A stretch of 64,000 bases of DNA from an archaeon (GCA_030620045.1 JAUXAD010000001.1:24088-88087); one strand, 5' to 3'. Positions 40,994-52,386 are shown, counted from the stretch's first letter. Notes: generated from the letters alone by a model not told the origin. Translations and numbers: made by a program.

Positions 40994-42374
40994 TTTTCAA
41001 ATCTCCATCTTTCTTAATATCCTTTCTCTTACTAATAATTAATCCTCCAAGATAAAAAAACTGGCTTATTATTGTTGCAGTTGCTGCTCCAAATGTTGCT
41101 GCAAGATTTCCATATTTTAATAAAGAGGTAATTAAAATGTAATTAAGAGCTATATTAATTAAAGTAGAAATTATCAATAACTTTGCTATCACTTGAGGTT
41201 TGCCTTTGGACATAAAATAAACTGTATATATTCCAATTAGAGGCCATGCTATTAGCAATAAAGACAATAATCTTAAGATGTTTATTGCTTGATTATACTC
41301 TGGGCCATAGATAATTGAAACTGCAAAAGGAGCCAATAAAATGGTTCCTAGAAACAAAATAATTGATATTGGCAAAATAATTCTTAGAGACTTTTTTAGC
41401 CCTTCTTGAAGCCTCTTTTTTCTTAATCTGCTAAATATTGGTAATAGAACAGCACCAAATCCTGTTAGAGAAGCCACTGCTCCTGCCAGACTTAAAGCAA
41501 CAGTATAATAACCTATAAATTCGACAAGAATAAAATAACCCAACATAATCTTATCAATATAACTGAAGAACAGACCGGAAAATACTGTGGCTGACATTGC
41601 CAATAAAAATTTATTAGCTTTTTTATTTTGCCTTGGTGTAAGCTTTGATTTTTTTGTTTTAATAAAATCTGTTCTTTTTATTGAAATATACCCTGTGAAT
41701 AAAGATATAAATAAATAAGAAATTGAGAGAAATAAAATTATATAAAATAGAATATATTCATAAGAGAGAGAATATTTTAAGGCAAGCAAAATTGCTAATG
41801 GCACTAAAATAATTCTTGAAATTTGAAATAAAATTTCTTTATAAAAAATTCCTCTGAAATAATTTGAAGCTTGTAAAATTGAACTAAAAAAATTTACTAT
41901 CCCCATAAATAGTATATAAAAAGAACCTGCAATTAATGCCAAAAAAATAGGTTTTTGATAAAAAACATCTGAAATGAATTTTGATGAAAAAATTAAGATT
42001 GAAATTGAGATAAATACCAAAATTAATTTTATTTTGCCAAAATAAATCACATAAGCCTTTGCTCTTTTTTTATTTCTTTTTCCAAGTTCCTTGGAAACAA
42101 ACCTAACCACAGCCCCCCCAATTCCAATATCAGAAAATACTGTAAATAAAAGAATTGTACTCAAAGCTAAACTGTACAATCCAAAAAGTTCTGGCATCAA
42201 AAGTCTTGCTAAAATAATTGTAAAAATTAAAGAGCCAATTTTTCCTATTAAAGTTGTAGAAAATTGATATACACTATTTTTAACTGCTAAACCCGTATTG
42301 CCAGAGAAATCTTTTTTCTTTATCCTCTCCAAAATTTCCATGAAATCTTTTTTCTCTTCTTTAATAATTTTCAT
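40974..42374 (-). CDS. Wzx-like oligosaccharide flippase
   Basis: ARLLMPELFGLY, DKIMLG, many TMs. Confidence 0.9.
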   Translation of the reverse strand: MKIIKEEKKDFMEILERIKKKDFSGNTGLAVKNSVYQFSTTLIGKIGSLIFTIILARLLMPELFGLYSLALSTILLFTVFSDIGIGGAVVRFVSKELGKRNKKRAKAYVIYFGKIKLILVFISISILIFSSKFISDVFYQKPIFLALIAGSFYILFMGIVNFFSSILQASNYFRGIFYKEILFQISRIILVPLAILLALKYSLSYEYILFYIILFLSISYLFISLFTGYISIKRTDFIKTKKSKLTPRQNKKANKFLLAMSATVFSGLFFSYIDKIMLGYFILVEFIGYYTVALSLAGAVASLTGFGAVLLPIFSRLRKKRLQEGLKKSLRIILPISIILFLGTILLAPFAVSIIYGPEYNQAINILRLLSLLLIAWPLIGIYTVYFMSKGKPQVIAKLLIISTLINIALNYILITSLLKYGNLAATFGAATATIISQFFYLGGLIISKRKDIKKDGDLKNVKEKY

Positions 42375-42416
42375 AGAATTAGTAAATAAATTCTCTTTTT
42401 ATTTCTTCCTAAAAAT

Positions 42417-42729
42417 TTATTCTTTTTCTTTTAATACCTGTTTTTCTATCCAATTATAAGTCTTTGTTAATCCTTCTTTCATACTTATTTCTGGTTCCAA
42501 TCCATATAATTTCTTAAATAAAGTATTACCATAATTTCTTCCTCTAACGCCTTCATATCCTTCTATGTGTTTATATTTTATTTCAAATAGGCAACATCAC
42601 AAATTATATCTGCTAATTGATTTATGCTAACTATATCCTCCCTTTCTAAATTTATTGGCTTGTTATTTTGTCCATTCATCATTAATCCTTTAAGACAATC
42701 ACCTATATAATAAAAACTTCTTGTTTGAT
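42417..42729 (-). pseudogene. GDP-mannose 3,5-epimerase-like C-terminal remnant
   Basis: QTRSFYYIGDCLKG...PINL / HIEGYEGVRGRNYGNTLFKK...EGLTKTYNWIEKQV*; no 5' half, internal frameshift. Confidence 0.8.
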
Positions 42730-42782
42730 TTCAAAAAACACAGAATAATAATCTTTAAAAATACTGATAAATAAAAAGATAT

Positions 42783-43856
42783 ATGAAAAAAATAGCACTT
42801 ATTACAGGCATAACAGGGCAAGATGGAAGTTATCTTGCAGAATTTCTTTTAAATAAAGGATATGAGGTATATGGTATAATTAGGAGAGCTTCTACTTTTA
42901 ATACTCCCAGGCTTGATCATATTTATAAAGACCCTCATGTTCCAGATAATCATTTGCATTTGATTTATGGAGATTTATCAGATACAAGCTCAATCAATAA
43001 AATAATCAGAAAAGTAAAACCTGATGAAATATATAATCTCGGAGCTCAAAGTCATGTAAGGGTAAGCTTTGATATTCCCGAATATACTTCAGACATTGAT
43101 GCTCTTGGAACTCTGCGAATATTAGAAGCTTTAAGGCAAGAAGGAATGATTAATAAAATTAAATTTTATCAAGCATCTACCTCTGAATTATTTGGAGAAA
43201 TACAAGAAACAGCTCAAACAGAAAAAACTCCATTTTACCCCAAAAGCCCTTATGGATGTGCAAAATTATATGCTTTTTGGATTACCAAGAATTACCGGGA
43301 AAGTTATGGAATGTTCGCATGCAATGGGATTTTGTTTAATCATGAATCCCCAAGAAGAGGAGAAACATTTGTAACAAAAAAAATAACTCATGCAGTTGTC
43401 CGTATTAAAGAAGGTATTCAAGATTGTCTTTACCTGGGAAATTTAGATGCCAAAAGGGACTGGGGACATTCAAAAGATTCTATTGAGGCTATATGGTTAA
43501 TATTACAACAGGATAAGCCAGATGATTACATTATTGCAACTGGAGAGACTCATTCAGTCAGAGAGTTTCTTGAAGAAGCTTTTAAAGTAGCAGGCATTGA
43601 AATAGAAAGTAATGATAAAAAAGGGGTTGAAGAAGAATATATTAGAAAAGATAATGGCAGAGTAGTTGTTAAGATTGATCCAAAATATTATAGACCAGCA
43701 GAAGTAGGTTTTCTCTGTGGAGATTCTTCAAAAGCTCAAAGAGAATTAAACTGGAAACCTAAAATATTTTTTAAAGATCTTGTTAAAGAGATGGTTGAAT
43801 ATGATACTAAGGAGTTATTAAAGGAGCTTTATGGAACAAAAAATAGCCAGGAGTGA
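42783..43856 (+). CDS. gmd: GDP-mannose 4,6-dehydratase
   Basis: [24 protein letters not shown]. Confidence 0.97.
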   Translation: MKKIALITGITGQDGSYLAEFLLNKGYEVYGIIRRASTFNTPRLDHIYKDPHVPDNHLHLIYGDLSDTSSINKIIRKVKPDEIYNLGAQSHVRVSFDIPEYTSDIDALGTLRILEALRQEGMINKIKFYQASTSELFGEIQETAQTEKTPFYPKSPYGCAKLYAFWITKNYRESYGMFACNGILFNHESPRRGETFVTKKITHAVVRIKEGIQDCLYLGNLDAKRDWGHSKDSIEAIWLILQQDKPDDYIIATGETHSVREFLEEAFKVAGIEIESNDKKGVEEEYIRKDNGRVVVKIDPKYYRPAEVGFLCGDSSKAQRELNWKPKIFFKDLVKEMVEYDTKELLKELYGTKNSQE

Positions 43857-44787
43857 GAAATCTGATTTTTGGCATGATAAAAAAGTAGTTGTAACTGGTG
43901 GAAAAGGTTTTTTAGGAAGTTATTTAATTGAATTATTAAAAGAAAAAAAACCAAAAGAGATTATTATTCCTAAACATTCTGAATATGATTTTGTTAATTT
44001 TGAGGATTGTAATAAAATAACAAAAAATGCAGATGTTGTAATTCATTTAGCGGCCAAAGTTGGAGGCATTGGTTTTAATCAAGAAAAATCAGGAGAATTA
44101 TTTTATGATAACTTAATGATGGGGGTTCAATTAATAGAATGTGCGAGAAGAAATAATGTTTTCAAATTTATTGCTATTGGGACAATTTGTGCATATCCCA
44201 AATTTACTTCTGTTCCTTTTAAAGAAGAAGATTTATGGGAAGGGTATCCTGAAAAAACAAATGCCCCATATGGTTTAGCTAAAAAAATGATGTTAGTTCA
44301 AAGCCAAGCATACAGATCTCAATATGGTTTTAATTCAATATTTTTATTGCCTGTAAATTTATACGGACCAGGAGATAATTTTGATCCTAAATCCAGCCAT
44401 GTTATTCCTGCATTAATTAAAAGAATGGTTGAGGCTAAGGAAAGAGGTTTAGAAGAAGTTGAAATATGGGGAAGTGGAAAAGCTTCAAGAGAGTTTCTTT
44501 ATGTAGAAGATTGTGCTGAAGGAATTTTAAAAGCTACAGAAAAATATAATAAATCAAATCCTGTAAATTTAGGATCTGGATCTGAGATTACAATTAAAGA
44601 TTTAGCATATAAGATCAAAGAATTAACAGAATTTGAGGGAAATCTGAGGTGGAATTTAGAAAAACCAGATGGCCAGCTAAGAAGATGCTTGGATACCTCT
44701 AAAGCAGAAAAAGAATTTGGATTTAAAGCAAAAACAAGTTTTGATGAAGGGTTAAAAAAGACTATTTATTGGTATACTTCTCAGTAA
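43831..44787 (+). CDS. fcl: GDP-L-fucose synthase
   Basis: [24 protein letters not shown]. Confidence 0.93.
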   Translation: MEQKIARSEKSDFWHDKKVVVTGGKGFLGSYLIELLKEKKPKEIIIPKHSEYDFVNFEDCNKITKNADVVIHLAAKVGGIGFNQEKSGELFYDNLMMGVQLIECARRNNVFKFIAIGTICAYPKFTSVPFKEEDLWEGYPEKTNAPYGLAKKMMLVQSQAYRSQYGFNSIFLLPVNLYGPGDNFDPKSSHVIPALIKRMVEAKERGLEEVEIWGSGKASREFLYVEDCAEGILKATEKYNKSNPVNLGSGSEITIKDLAYKIKELTEFEGNLRWNLEKPDGQLRRCLDTSKAEKEFGFKAKTSFDEGLKKTIYWYTSQ

Positions 44788-44826
44788 GTTTTAATTTTTT
44801 GCGTTTAAAAAAATCATTGCTCTTTT

Positions 44827-45762
44827 TCATATTATCTTCTCAAAATAATCTATTGTCCTTTTTAATCCTTCTTCTAAATTAATTATTGGTTTCCAGTCTA
44901 AAGTTTCTTTTGCAAGAGAAATATCTGGTTTTCTTCTTACTGGATCGTCTTCAGGTAAATTTTTATAGATTATCTTTGATTCTGAATTAGATAATTTTAT
45001 TACTTTTTCAGCTAAATCTAAAATTGTAAATTCTCCAGGGTTTCCAAGATTTACTGGGTTAATGTAATCTGAATTCATTAATTTATGTAATCCTTTAATT
45101 AAATCATCAACATAACAAAAACTTCTTGTTTGACTTCCCTTTCCATAGATTGTTAATGGTTTATTCTTTAAAGATTGAGTAATAAAATTAGATACAACTC
45201 TTCCATCATCTTTATCCATATTTGGACCATAAGTATTGAAAATTCTCGCCATTCTTATTGGAAGTTTATATTTTCGATGATAATCCATAAACAAAGTCTC
45301 TGCCACTCTTTTCCCCTCATCATAACATGCTCTTGGACCTAAAGTGTTTACATTTCCTTTATAAGATTCTTTTTGTGGATGCTCTAAGGGATCTCCATAA
45401 ATTTCAGAAGTAGATGCTTGTAAAACAGTTGCACCATTTAATTTTGCAAATTCTAAAACATTAATAACTCCTTGAGTATTAGCTTTAATTGTTTCTATTG
45501 GATCAAATTGATAATGAATTGGCGAAGCAGGACATGCTAAATTATATATTTGATCTACATCACCAATTAAATCCACAGGAAAAGGATTTATTACATCGTG
45601 GGGGATTACTTTAAATTTGGGATTTTCTAAAAGAGGTTTAATGTTATCTCTATTTCCTGTAAAAAAATTATCAAGACAAATGACTTCATTCCCCATTTCT
45701 AATAAGAATTTACAAAGATAACTTCCAAGAAATCCTGCTCCCCCAGTAACTAATATTTTCAT
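44827..45762 (-). CDS. UDP-glucuronate decarboxylase (UDP-xylose synthase)
   Basis: [32 protein letters not shown]. Confidence 0.93.
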   Translation of the reverse strand: MKILVTGGAGFLGSYLCKFLLEMGNEVICLDNFFTGNRDNIKPLLENPKFKVIPHDVINPFPVDLIGDVDQIYNLACPASPIHYQFDPIETIKANTQGVINVLEFAKLNGATVLQASTSEIYGDPLEHPQKESYKGNVNTLGPRACYDEGKRVAETLFMDYHRKYKLPIRMARIFNTYGPNMDKDDGRVVSNFITQSLKNKPLTIYGKGSQTRSFCYVDDLIKGLHKLMNSDYINPVNLGNPGEFTILDLAEKVIKLSNSESKIIYKNLPEDDPVRRKPDISLAKETLDWKPIINLEEGLKRTIDYFEKII

Positions 45763-46610
45763 TTTTCTTTTTCAAATTTTTTATTTTCAGAAGTTGCTCC
45801 TAGAATTTTTAACCAATCTTTATTTTTTCTTAATCTTTCATTTGTTTTCCAAATTTCTTCGAGTAGATATGGTCTATACATATGTTCTCTCGCTAAATAA
45901 ATTAAAGCATTCAAATCTTTTGGAAAACATTTCCCTCCAAATCCTAAATCTCCATCTGGTCCTGGCACTTCAATATTCCTAGCAATTCTTTTATCCATCA
46001 AAAGAGTATCTTTAACAGTACCGTAATCCACCTCTACTGCATTACAAATCTGATAAATTTCATTTGCAAGAGCTATTTGTCCTACTAACATAGCGTTTGA
46101 AGCATACTTTATCATTTCTGCTGTTTTTCTATTTACATGGATATATTTCGCATCTGGAAAAACTGGCTCATATATTTGTTTAACTTTTTTATAGTCCTCT
46201 TCTCTATTTGCTCCTATTATAATCCTATTCGTGTTTAACATATCATCCAGAGCATGCTTTTGTCTCAAAAATTCTGGATTAGATACAAAATTAAAAGGAT
46301 ATTCTTCCTCAAGTTTATTTGTTGTTCCTGGAACCACTGTTGAACGTATTACTACTAAAGGTTTTGTTTCGTTATCTTTAGTTATTTCTAATAATATCTT
46401 CACAGAATCATAAATTGCAGAAAGATCAATTTCTCCTCTTGGCTTTTGGGGTGTTGGAACACAAATAAAAACAACTTCTGCATTTTTCAGTTTAGAAAGA
46501 TCTTTATATTCTTTTTTATATTTATCATAAGGTAAAATTTCGTGAGCTTTTTCTAGCGTTTTAGCTGTTGTTCCTCCAACAAAACCCATACCAATAATTC
46601 CGATTTTCAT
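45759..46610 (-). CDS. UDP-glucose/GDP-mannose dehydrogenase (short form)
   Basis: [25 protein letters not shown]. Confidence 0.9.
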   Translation of the reverse strand: MKIGIIGMGFVGGTTAKTLEKAHEILPYDKYKKEYKDLSKLKNAEVVFICVPTPQKPRGEIDLSAIYDSVKILLEITKDNETKPLVVIRSTVVPGTTNKLEEEYPFNFVSNPEFLRQKHALDDMLNTNRIIIGANREEDYKKVKQIYEPVFPDAKYIHVNRKTAEMIKYASNAMLVGQIALANEIYQICNAVEVDYGTVKDTLLMDKRIARNIEVPGPDGDLGFGGKCFPKDLNALIYLAREHMYRPYLLEEIWKTNERLRKNKDWLKILGATSENKKFEKEK

Positions 46611-46659
46611 ATTTATCTCTTCTATTTTAAAGTTTAAAAGAATTTATGTAATGAAAACA

Positions 46660-48180
46660 TTATTCTTCAATCTTCTTCACCATGTCTGTAAATGCAGGCC
46701 TTGTAATTAAGACTCCTGCTGTGATTCCTATTATTGTTGTGATTGCAAATCCTTTGAATAATCCTGCAACTGCCCAATATAATGGGATTAGTGCTGCTAG
46801 TGCAGTAAAATATGCTCCTAAAATAATTGCGAAAGCTCTTTTCATTCTTTGTTTTATGCTTAAAAATATGCTTTGTTTTGCCTCATCTAGAATAATAATC
46901 TGACTATCAATCCCTGTACCAATAGCCGCCAAAATTCCTGCAATACTTGGCAAGTCAAGGTCCCATTTTATTAAAGAGGCCACCCCCAAAATTATAATTA
47001 TTTCAGAAATACTTGTAATTAGTAAAGCAAATGAAGATTTTAATTTTTTATATCTAATAGATATAATTATTGAAACTGCCAGAAGTGCTGCAAGCCCTGC
47101 CAAGAAAATAGTTCTCGTAAATTCTTTTCCTAAGGTTGGAGAAATTGTATCTAACTTAACAATCTCAAGTTTAAATGGCAAACTTCCAGTAATCAAAACT
47201 GTTTGAAGCTGTTTCATCTCTTCTTCAGCATTTTTTATTGCATCATCTTTGGTCTCTCCAGATTCAGAACCAGAAATTTGAACTTGTGTTGTTACTCTCC
47301 CTTTTAACCCCTCACCAATTTGTAAACTATTTACAAGTTTATCATCTAAATAAAAATCAATAGTTTTTTCAAGATATTCTGGATTAGAAGAATTTATAGG
47401 AATGTCTTCAGTTATCCCTCCAAATCTTGTTGCAGCCGCTTCACTTAGATAAATTGTGAATCTAAAATTGCAAAAATGTCTTTGTTGAGCTTGATCACAA
47501 GAATATATCCCTGCATCTTGACCTGATCTTGCGACAGAAGTAATATCTTTTTCTCCTCCATAGAAAACAGTTTCATTTCCTATCTTAGCTTCAAATTTCC
47601 CTTGTTCAGAGATTAATTTTTCTAAATCCTGGGGTGTTGCTCCTGCGATTTCAATTAACATAAAATTATTTCCAGCCAAATCTGAAATAGGACGAATATT
47701 CATATCTGCGATTCCATAAACATTAAATCTGTTATTAGTAATTGCGACTAAATCATTGACCTCGCTTGAAGAAAGTTTTTTGTCCTGCGCTTGGACTAAT
47801 GCTCTTGAGCCACCGGACAAATCTAAACCTGTTTTAATATTTGTTTGAGGAATCTCTGAAACAATTATTTCTGGTGCTGTTTTTGAATAAAGAATATATT
47901 CTGCATTTTTTGTTTTAAAAATAGTTTTTACATTTTCATTAGTATTGAATTTCCTTTGAATAATTTGTGAAAAGTCTTCTATACTCTCTATCTTTTGCCC
48001 ATCAACTTCTGTAATTACCTGCCCTGATCTCAATCCTTGTTCAAAGGCTGTTGAGTTTGATTTCACACTTATTACCAAAACACCCTTCTGAAGAAATGTG
48101 GGGGTTACAAAAATAGAAACAAGAGACAAAGCTACGACAATTATCAATAACCAGATCTTCCATGTAAATTTAAGTTTCAT
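46660..48180 (-). CDS. secD: protein translocase SecD with PDZ-like insertion
   Basis: GLDLSGGS, GTGIDSQIII, GFAITTIIG, TRPAF. Confidence 0.92.
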   Translation of the reverse strand: MKLKFTWKIWLLIIVVALSLVSIFVTPTFLQKGVLVISVKSNSTAFEQGLRSGQVITEVDGQKIESIEDFSQIIQRKFNTNENVKTIFKTKNAEYILYSKTAPEIIVSEIPQTNIKTGLDLSGGSRALVQAQDKKLSSSEVNDLVAITNNRFNVYGIADMNIRPISDLAGNNFMLIEIAGATPQDLEKLISEQGKFEAKIGNETVFYGGEKDITSVARSGQDAGIYSCDQAQQRHFCNFRFTIYLSEAAATRFGGITEDIPINSSNPEYLEKTIDFYLDDKLVNSLQIGEGLKGRVTTQVQISGSESGETKDDAIKNAEEEMKQLQTVLITGSLPFKLEIVKLDTISPTLGKEFTRTIFLAGLAALLAVSIIISIRYKKLKSSFALLITSISEIIIILGVASLIKWDLDLPSIAGILAAIGTGIDSQIIILDEAKQSIFLSIKQRMKRAFAIILGAYFTALAALIPLYWAVAGLFKGFAITTIIGITAGVLITRPAFTDMVKKIEE

Positions 48181-49070
48181 TTTTTTCTTTTAACATACCA
48201 TTTAAGTATCGAAACATTTGTTATCCAGGTGTTAAGGAGGTCAAATCCTAAACCGATAGCAAGTATTGTGAAAATTTGGGTCAGAACAACTGAAAAAGAA
48301 CTTACAACAATTAAAGCGAAAATTACAGCTAAAAGGGAGGTTAAGGTCATGGTTGTTCCTGTTTTGAATGCTCCAAAAATTCTTTTGTTTAATGAACCTT
48401 CTTCTCTTTTCAGAATTCTTGTTGTAAGTAAAATATCTGTATCTACCGAATAACCTATTAACATTAAAAATGCGACAATTCCTGCGCTTGACATTTGAAT
48501 TCCTAATATGTTGACTAAAACTAAAGTCATCAAAATGTCAGCAAATGCCGCCAGAATAACTGCAACAGATGGAACAAATGTTCTGAAAATAATAAAAACA
48601 ACTATTGCCATGAAAACAAATGCAAACAAAATTGCGATTAAAAGTTGCTGGTAAAAACTTTCGCTTAAACTTGAACCTGTAAATTCAAAACTTGCGTTTT
48701 CACCGTCGATTAATTCATATCCTAAATAATCTTCAATGGCTTGTTTTGTTTGATTTTTTGGAGATTTTGTTTCAATTATAGTTGCTGTTTGTTCTCTTGT
48801 TATTAAATCATAAATTTCTCTTGTATTGATATCCTCAAGTTTTTCTGAAAGAGTTTGTTTTAAATCAGCTATATCAATTTTTTCATTAATTGTTACAGAA
48901 GTTCCGCCTGTTAAAGAAATATCTTTGTAGAGAAAGTCTTGATTCTTTGAATAAAACATCCCCATATAAACTAAAGAAAAAAGTAAAAGCGCTATTGGGA
49001 TTATCAATAATAATTTATAGTATTTATCGTGAAACTTTCCGAATTTATTTTGTTTGTTTTCTTCTTCCAT
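48177..49070 (-). CDS. secF: protein translocase SecF
   Basis: DISLTGGT, LIGYSVDTDILLT. Confidence 0.93.
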   Translation of the reverse strand: MEEENKQNKFGKFHDKYYKLLLIIPIALLLFSLVYMGMFYSKNQDFLYKDISLTGGTSVTINEKIDIADLKQTLSEKLEDINTREIYDLITREQTATIIETKSPKNQTKQAIEDYLGYELIDGENASFEFTGSSLSESFYQQLLIAILFAFVFMAIVVFIIFRTFVPSVAVILAAFADILMTLVLVNILGIQMSSAGIVAFLMLIGYSVDTDILLTTRILKREEGSLNKRIFGAFKTGTTMTLTSLLAVIFALIVVSSFSVVLTQIFTILAIGLGFDLLNTWITNVSILKWYVKRKK

Positions 49071-49078
49071 TTGTGATA

Positions 49079-49149
49079 TGCGCCGGTCGGGATTCGAACC
49101 CGAGTCATCTGCTTGGAAGGCAGAGATTCTGCCACTGAACTACCAGCGC
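49079..49149 (-). tRNA. tRNA-Gly(TCC)
   Basis: Cloverleaf; anticodon arm TCTGC-CTTCCAA-GCAGA. Confidence 0.95.
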
Positions 49150-49190
49150 AATAAAATTATTACTTGAATCTTGTTTAATAAAGTTTGCGA

Positions 49191-49264
49191 CGCCCTTGAT
49201 AGGATTTGAACCTACGACCCCTTCCTTAGGAGGGAAGTGCTCTGTCCAGCTGAGCTACAAGGGC
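49191..49264 (-). tRNA. tRNA-Arg(CCT)
   Basis: Cloverleaf; CTTCC-CTCCTAA-GGAAG. Confidence 0.95.
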
Positions 49265-49266
49265 AA

Positions 49267-49350
49267 TGCGGAAGGAAGGATTCGAACCCACGTAAGCACT
49301 AAGCTAACAGATTTTGAGTCTGTCCCGTTTGACCACTCCGGCACTTCCGC
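49267..49350 (-). tRNA. tRNA-Leu(CAA)
   Basis: Long variable arm; ACAGA-CTCAAAA-TCTGT. Confidence 0.95.
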
Positions 49351-49395
49351 ATAAAAATAATATCATATTCGACTTTTAAAATATATCTTTTAGAA

Positions 49396-50118
49396 TTATT
49401 TACTAATCTTCTTTGAGACTCCAGCAAGGTCTTTTTTCAAAACTTCTATAGATTTCTTGAAAATTTCTTCAATAGTCAATTGACCAAAGGATTCTAAAGT
49501 AATTACCAACTCTTTTGTTGGAATAAGTTTTATTGAATCCTTTCCTTTCTTTTCACATACTTCCACGCAAGCTTCACACATATCACATTTATAATTATCC
49601 TCAACAACTATTTTCCCATTTTCTGGCTTCAAGATTTTTTGCGGGCAGACATTAATAACTTCCTGCGGACAATCTTTATCTATTTTCACATCAGCAACAT
49701 TTCTATAAAACATTATTCCTGGAGAAAACTTTGAATGTTTATCTCCTTTCCCGACTTTTGCCGTTGCAACAATTTCTAATTCTTGTCCTTTTTTTAAAGA
49801 TGTTATTGGGATTTTATCATAAACAACTTTTAATCCTCCAGTCAACTCTCCAGAATAAACTATTCCTTCTTTTTTTGAGCTTAATCTAAGCTTAACAGTT
49901 GTCTTTTCATTTACTAATTTGTCAGCCTTTAAGGGAATCAATCCTATCCTATGAGCAATTGTTTCATCATATAAAGGAGAATCATTTTTCGAAATTTCTA
50001 CTTCATCAACAGCAATTGTTGGGACTTGGTTCAAATATCTTCGTAAGGCATTTGCTAAACTTTCATCTATTTCCGCTGCAAATACAATTTGATTATCTTT
50101 TTTCCCCATTAGTTTCAT
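49396..50118 (-). CDS. rpoD: RNA polymerase subunit D (Rpo3) with Fe-S domain
   Basis: ANALRR, DETIAHRIGLIPL, CDMCEAC; start at MKLMGKK. Confidence 0.95.
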   Translation of the reverse strand: MKLMGKKDNQIVFAAEIDESLANALRRYLNQVPTIAVDEVEISKNDSPLYDETIAHRIGLIPLKADKLVNEKTTVKLRLSSKKEGIVYSGELTGGLKVVYDKIPITSLKKGQELEIVATAKVGKGDKHSKFSPGIMFYRNVADVKIDKDCPQEVINVCPQKILKPENGKIVVEDNYKCDMCEACVEVCEKKGKDSIKLIPTKELVITLESFGQLTIEEIFKKSIEVLKKDLAGVSKKISK

Positions 50119-50119
50119 T

Positions 50120-50557
50120 TTAAGGTCTTCTCCCACGTCTTCCACCTTTCTTCTTTGGCCCTCCTCTCGGAGATCTTGTGGTGTCAAGGATATTTAATAT
50201 CCTAAAACCAGATCTTGATAAACTTTTCACTATTGCATGCACTCCTGGACCTGGAGCAGGGTTCCTGGTTTTTGCTCTTATTTTAACATACAATGATTTA
50301 ACACCTAGGTCCTTTATATTTTCTGCTATTCTTTTTGCAATAAACATTGCTATAGTTGGATTAGCTTTAAGCCTGCCATGTTTTGTGACCATCCCCCCTG
50401 TAACTTTTGAGATTGTTTTTCCAGACATATCTGTAACATGAACAATTGTATTATTGAATGAAGTATAAATGTTAACAACAGCTTCTACTTCCTTTTTCTT
50501 TTCCGCTCTAACTTTAGGAGCTTCAACCATTGTCTTATTTTCATTAATTGCGTTCAT
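50120..50557 (-). CDS. rps11: 30S ribosomal protein S11
   Basis: SFNNTIVHVTD, GGRRGRR. Confidence 0.95.
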   Translation of the reverse strand: MNAINENKTMVEAPKVRAEKKKEVEAVVNIYTSFNNTIVHVTDMSGKTISKVTGGMVTKHGRLKANPTIAMFIAKRIAENIKDLGVKSLYVKIRAKTRNPAPGPGVHAIVKSLSRSGFRILNILDTTRSPRGGPKKKGGRRGRRP

Positions 50558-51045
50558 TTTTTAGGTTTATCTGTTTTATCCGCTTTATTTATTTTTCCCT
50601 TCATTATTTTTAAAGAAATTTTATTTTCTAATTCTATAGGAATAATATAAGAAGGACTATTTACAACCTCCCCATCGACTAAAACTTTTTTATGCGTGAT
50701 TAATTGTCTTGCACTTTTTGGTGTTGTAGCAAGTTTTTTGCTAACCAGAATTGTTTGCAATCTTCTCTTTAAATAATCTTCTTTATCTAAGGATAAAATA
50801 TCTGCAATTGAATCAATCTTCAATCCTATTTTTTTCAAACTATTAAACAAAATCTGCTGTTCTGCTGGATTAGCAGAAATTAATTTTTTTGCTTTCTCTC
50901 TTATAGATTTAATTCTGGCATCTGCTTTCCAGATTTCCTTTTTGTTTTTCAATCCAAACTCTTTCATTATTATTGCTTCTTCATCAATTCTTATTTTATC
51001 GAAAGGCCTTTTTGGCTTAGAATATGTTTTATGTTTTCTTTTCAT
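50554..51045 (-). CDS. rps4: 30S ribosomal protein S4
   Basis: GLKNKKEIWK, RRLQT, ARQLITH. Confidence 0.95.
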   Translation of the reverse strand: MKRKHKTYSKPKRPFDKIRIDEEAIIMKEFGLKNKKEIWKADARIKSIREKAKKLISANPAEQQILFNSLKKIGLKIDSIADILSLDKEDYLKRRLQTILVSKKLATTPKSARQLITHKKVLVDGEVVNSPSYIIPIELENKISLKIMKGKINKADKTDKPKK

Positions 51046-51533
51046 CTTACTATGTTCTTTTTAGTTTTCTTTTTGATACCTACACCTTTACTTTTATTCC
51101 TTCTGAAATTGCTTTTTGTTCTTTGTCCTCTTGAAGGAAGACCACTCATGTGTCTGTAACCCCTATAACTTTTAATTTTTTTTAATTTTTTAATATCAAA
51201 TTCAGTTTGCAATTCTAAATCGCTTCCAATTAAATGCTTATTTTCTCCGGTTTCAAGATCATTTCTTCTATTGACTATGTATTTTGGAACTTGCGGATTT
51301 TTTATAAATTCAGATATTTTTTTAATTTCTTCATCTGTTAGAGAACCAATCTTTCTATTTTTATCCATTTTTAACTTTTTACAAATAGCATTAGACAACC
51401 CCCAAGAGATTCCTTTTACTTTTGTTAACCCCGGGTAAATTTTCATTTTTCCTTCTATATCTTTTGATAGAATTCTAATTATCTTTCCTTCATACTCTTG
51501 TTTTTCTCCTGGTTTTTGTATTTGTTGTTCCAT
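51042..51533 (-). CDS. rps13: 30S ribosomal protein S13
   Basis: SYRGYRH, GLPSRGQRTKSNFR. Confidence 0.95.
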   Translation of the reverse strand: MEQQIQKPGEKQEYEGKIIRILSKDIEGKMKIYPGLTKVKGISWGLSNAICKKLKMDKNRKIGSLTDEEIKKISEFIKNPQVPKYIVNRRNDLETGENKHLIGSDLELQTEFDIKKLKKIKSYRGYRHMSGLPSRGQRTKSNFRRNKSKGVGIKKKTKKNIVR

Positions 51534-51537
51534 TTTT

Positions 51538-52080
51538 TTAAGGCACAAATAAATTATGTCTTTCAATAGTTATTAGTTCCTTTAATATTCTTTTTTCAAT
51601 TGCTTTTTCAGGATCTGGGAGGTTTTGTATCCTTTTTTTCATATCTTCAAAAGATTCAAATTCTTTTTCTTTTCTTTGTTTTATAATTTCTTGCATATGT
51701 TTTTTTCCAAATCCTGGGAGAAATTCTATTTGGTGAATTCTTTTATTTATTGCTTCTGCTTTATTAAAAAAATCAACAAATTCTTTTTCTCTATTTTTAA
51801 CAATCTCTTCTATAAATTCTTGTAATTGATTTTTAGCAGCTTCGGTTAATTTTTCTCTATGAAGTCTTCCAAGAATATAATATATTTTAGGTCTTTTTCC
51901 TTCGCCAATATAGACCTGTTCTCCAATTTCTAATGCTATTCCTCTTCTAGGAACTAATTCTAAAAGGGTCAAGTTTTCTTTTCCTATAGCTTGAGCTATA
52001 GGCATCATTTTTCCTTCTAAAGGATACCCGTTCGGTAAATATTCTAAGATTATTGCATATTCTTCCTTGTTCATTTTCAT
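51538..52080 (-). CDS. DUF655 putative RNA-binding protein
   Basis: AQAIG, TLLEL, PGFGKK; canonical position after rpoF. Confidence 0.9.
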   Translation of the reverse strand: MKMNKEEYAIILEYLPNGYPLEGKMMPIAQAIGKENLTLLELVPRRGIALEIGEQVYIGEGKRPKIYYILGRLHREKLTEAAKNQLQEFIEEIVKNREKEFVDFFNKAEAINKRIHQIEFLPGFGKKHMQEIIKQRKEKEFESFEDMKKRIQNLPDPEKAIEKRILKELITIERHNLFVP

Positions 52081-52385
52081 TATTTGAATTCTTTAATTGT
52101 TTCAAGTATTTTTCTTGTTTCATCTTCATCTAAACTAACATCAACAAAAATTTTATTTAATTCTTCTGTATTCTCTGGCATCAAATCAATTATTTTTACT
52201 ATATGTTCTTTTCTAACTTTCATAAATTCCAGCCCTTCAATCTTTTTCCTTAATTCTTTGGCTTCTTTTAAATTCAATTTTACGAATTTTTTTATGAACC
52301 CAGTTAAATCTATTTCACTATCTTTGATTTTTTTAACATATTCGGCAATTTCAACCATACTCAAGGGTTCATTATTTGTTATCAT
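52080..52385 (-). CDS. rpoF: RNA polymerase subunit F (Rpo4)
   Basis: KIIDLMPENTEEL; L21e-rpoF-DUF655 synteny. Confidence 0.88.
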   Translation of the reverse strand: MITNNEPLSMVEIAEYVKKIKDSEIDLTGFIKKFVKLNLKEAKELRKKIEGLEFMKVRKEHIVKIIDLMPENTEELNKIFVDVSLDEDETRKILETIKEFK

Positions 52386-52386
52386 A

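Noticed and set aside
48890-49138. 82-aa ORF in the track
   Set aside because: Antisense to secF and tRNA-Gly
50119-50187. N-terminal extension of RpoD
   Set aside because: Overlaps rps11; ATG at 50118 fits better
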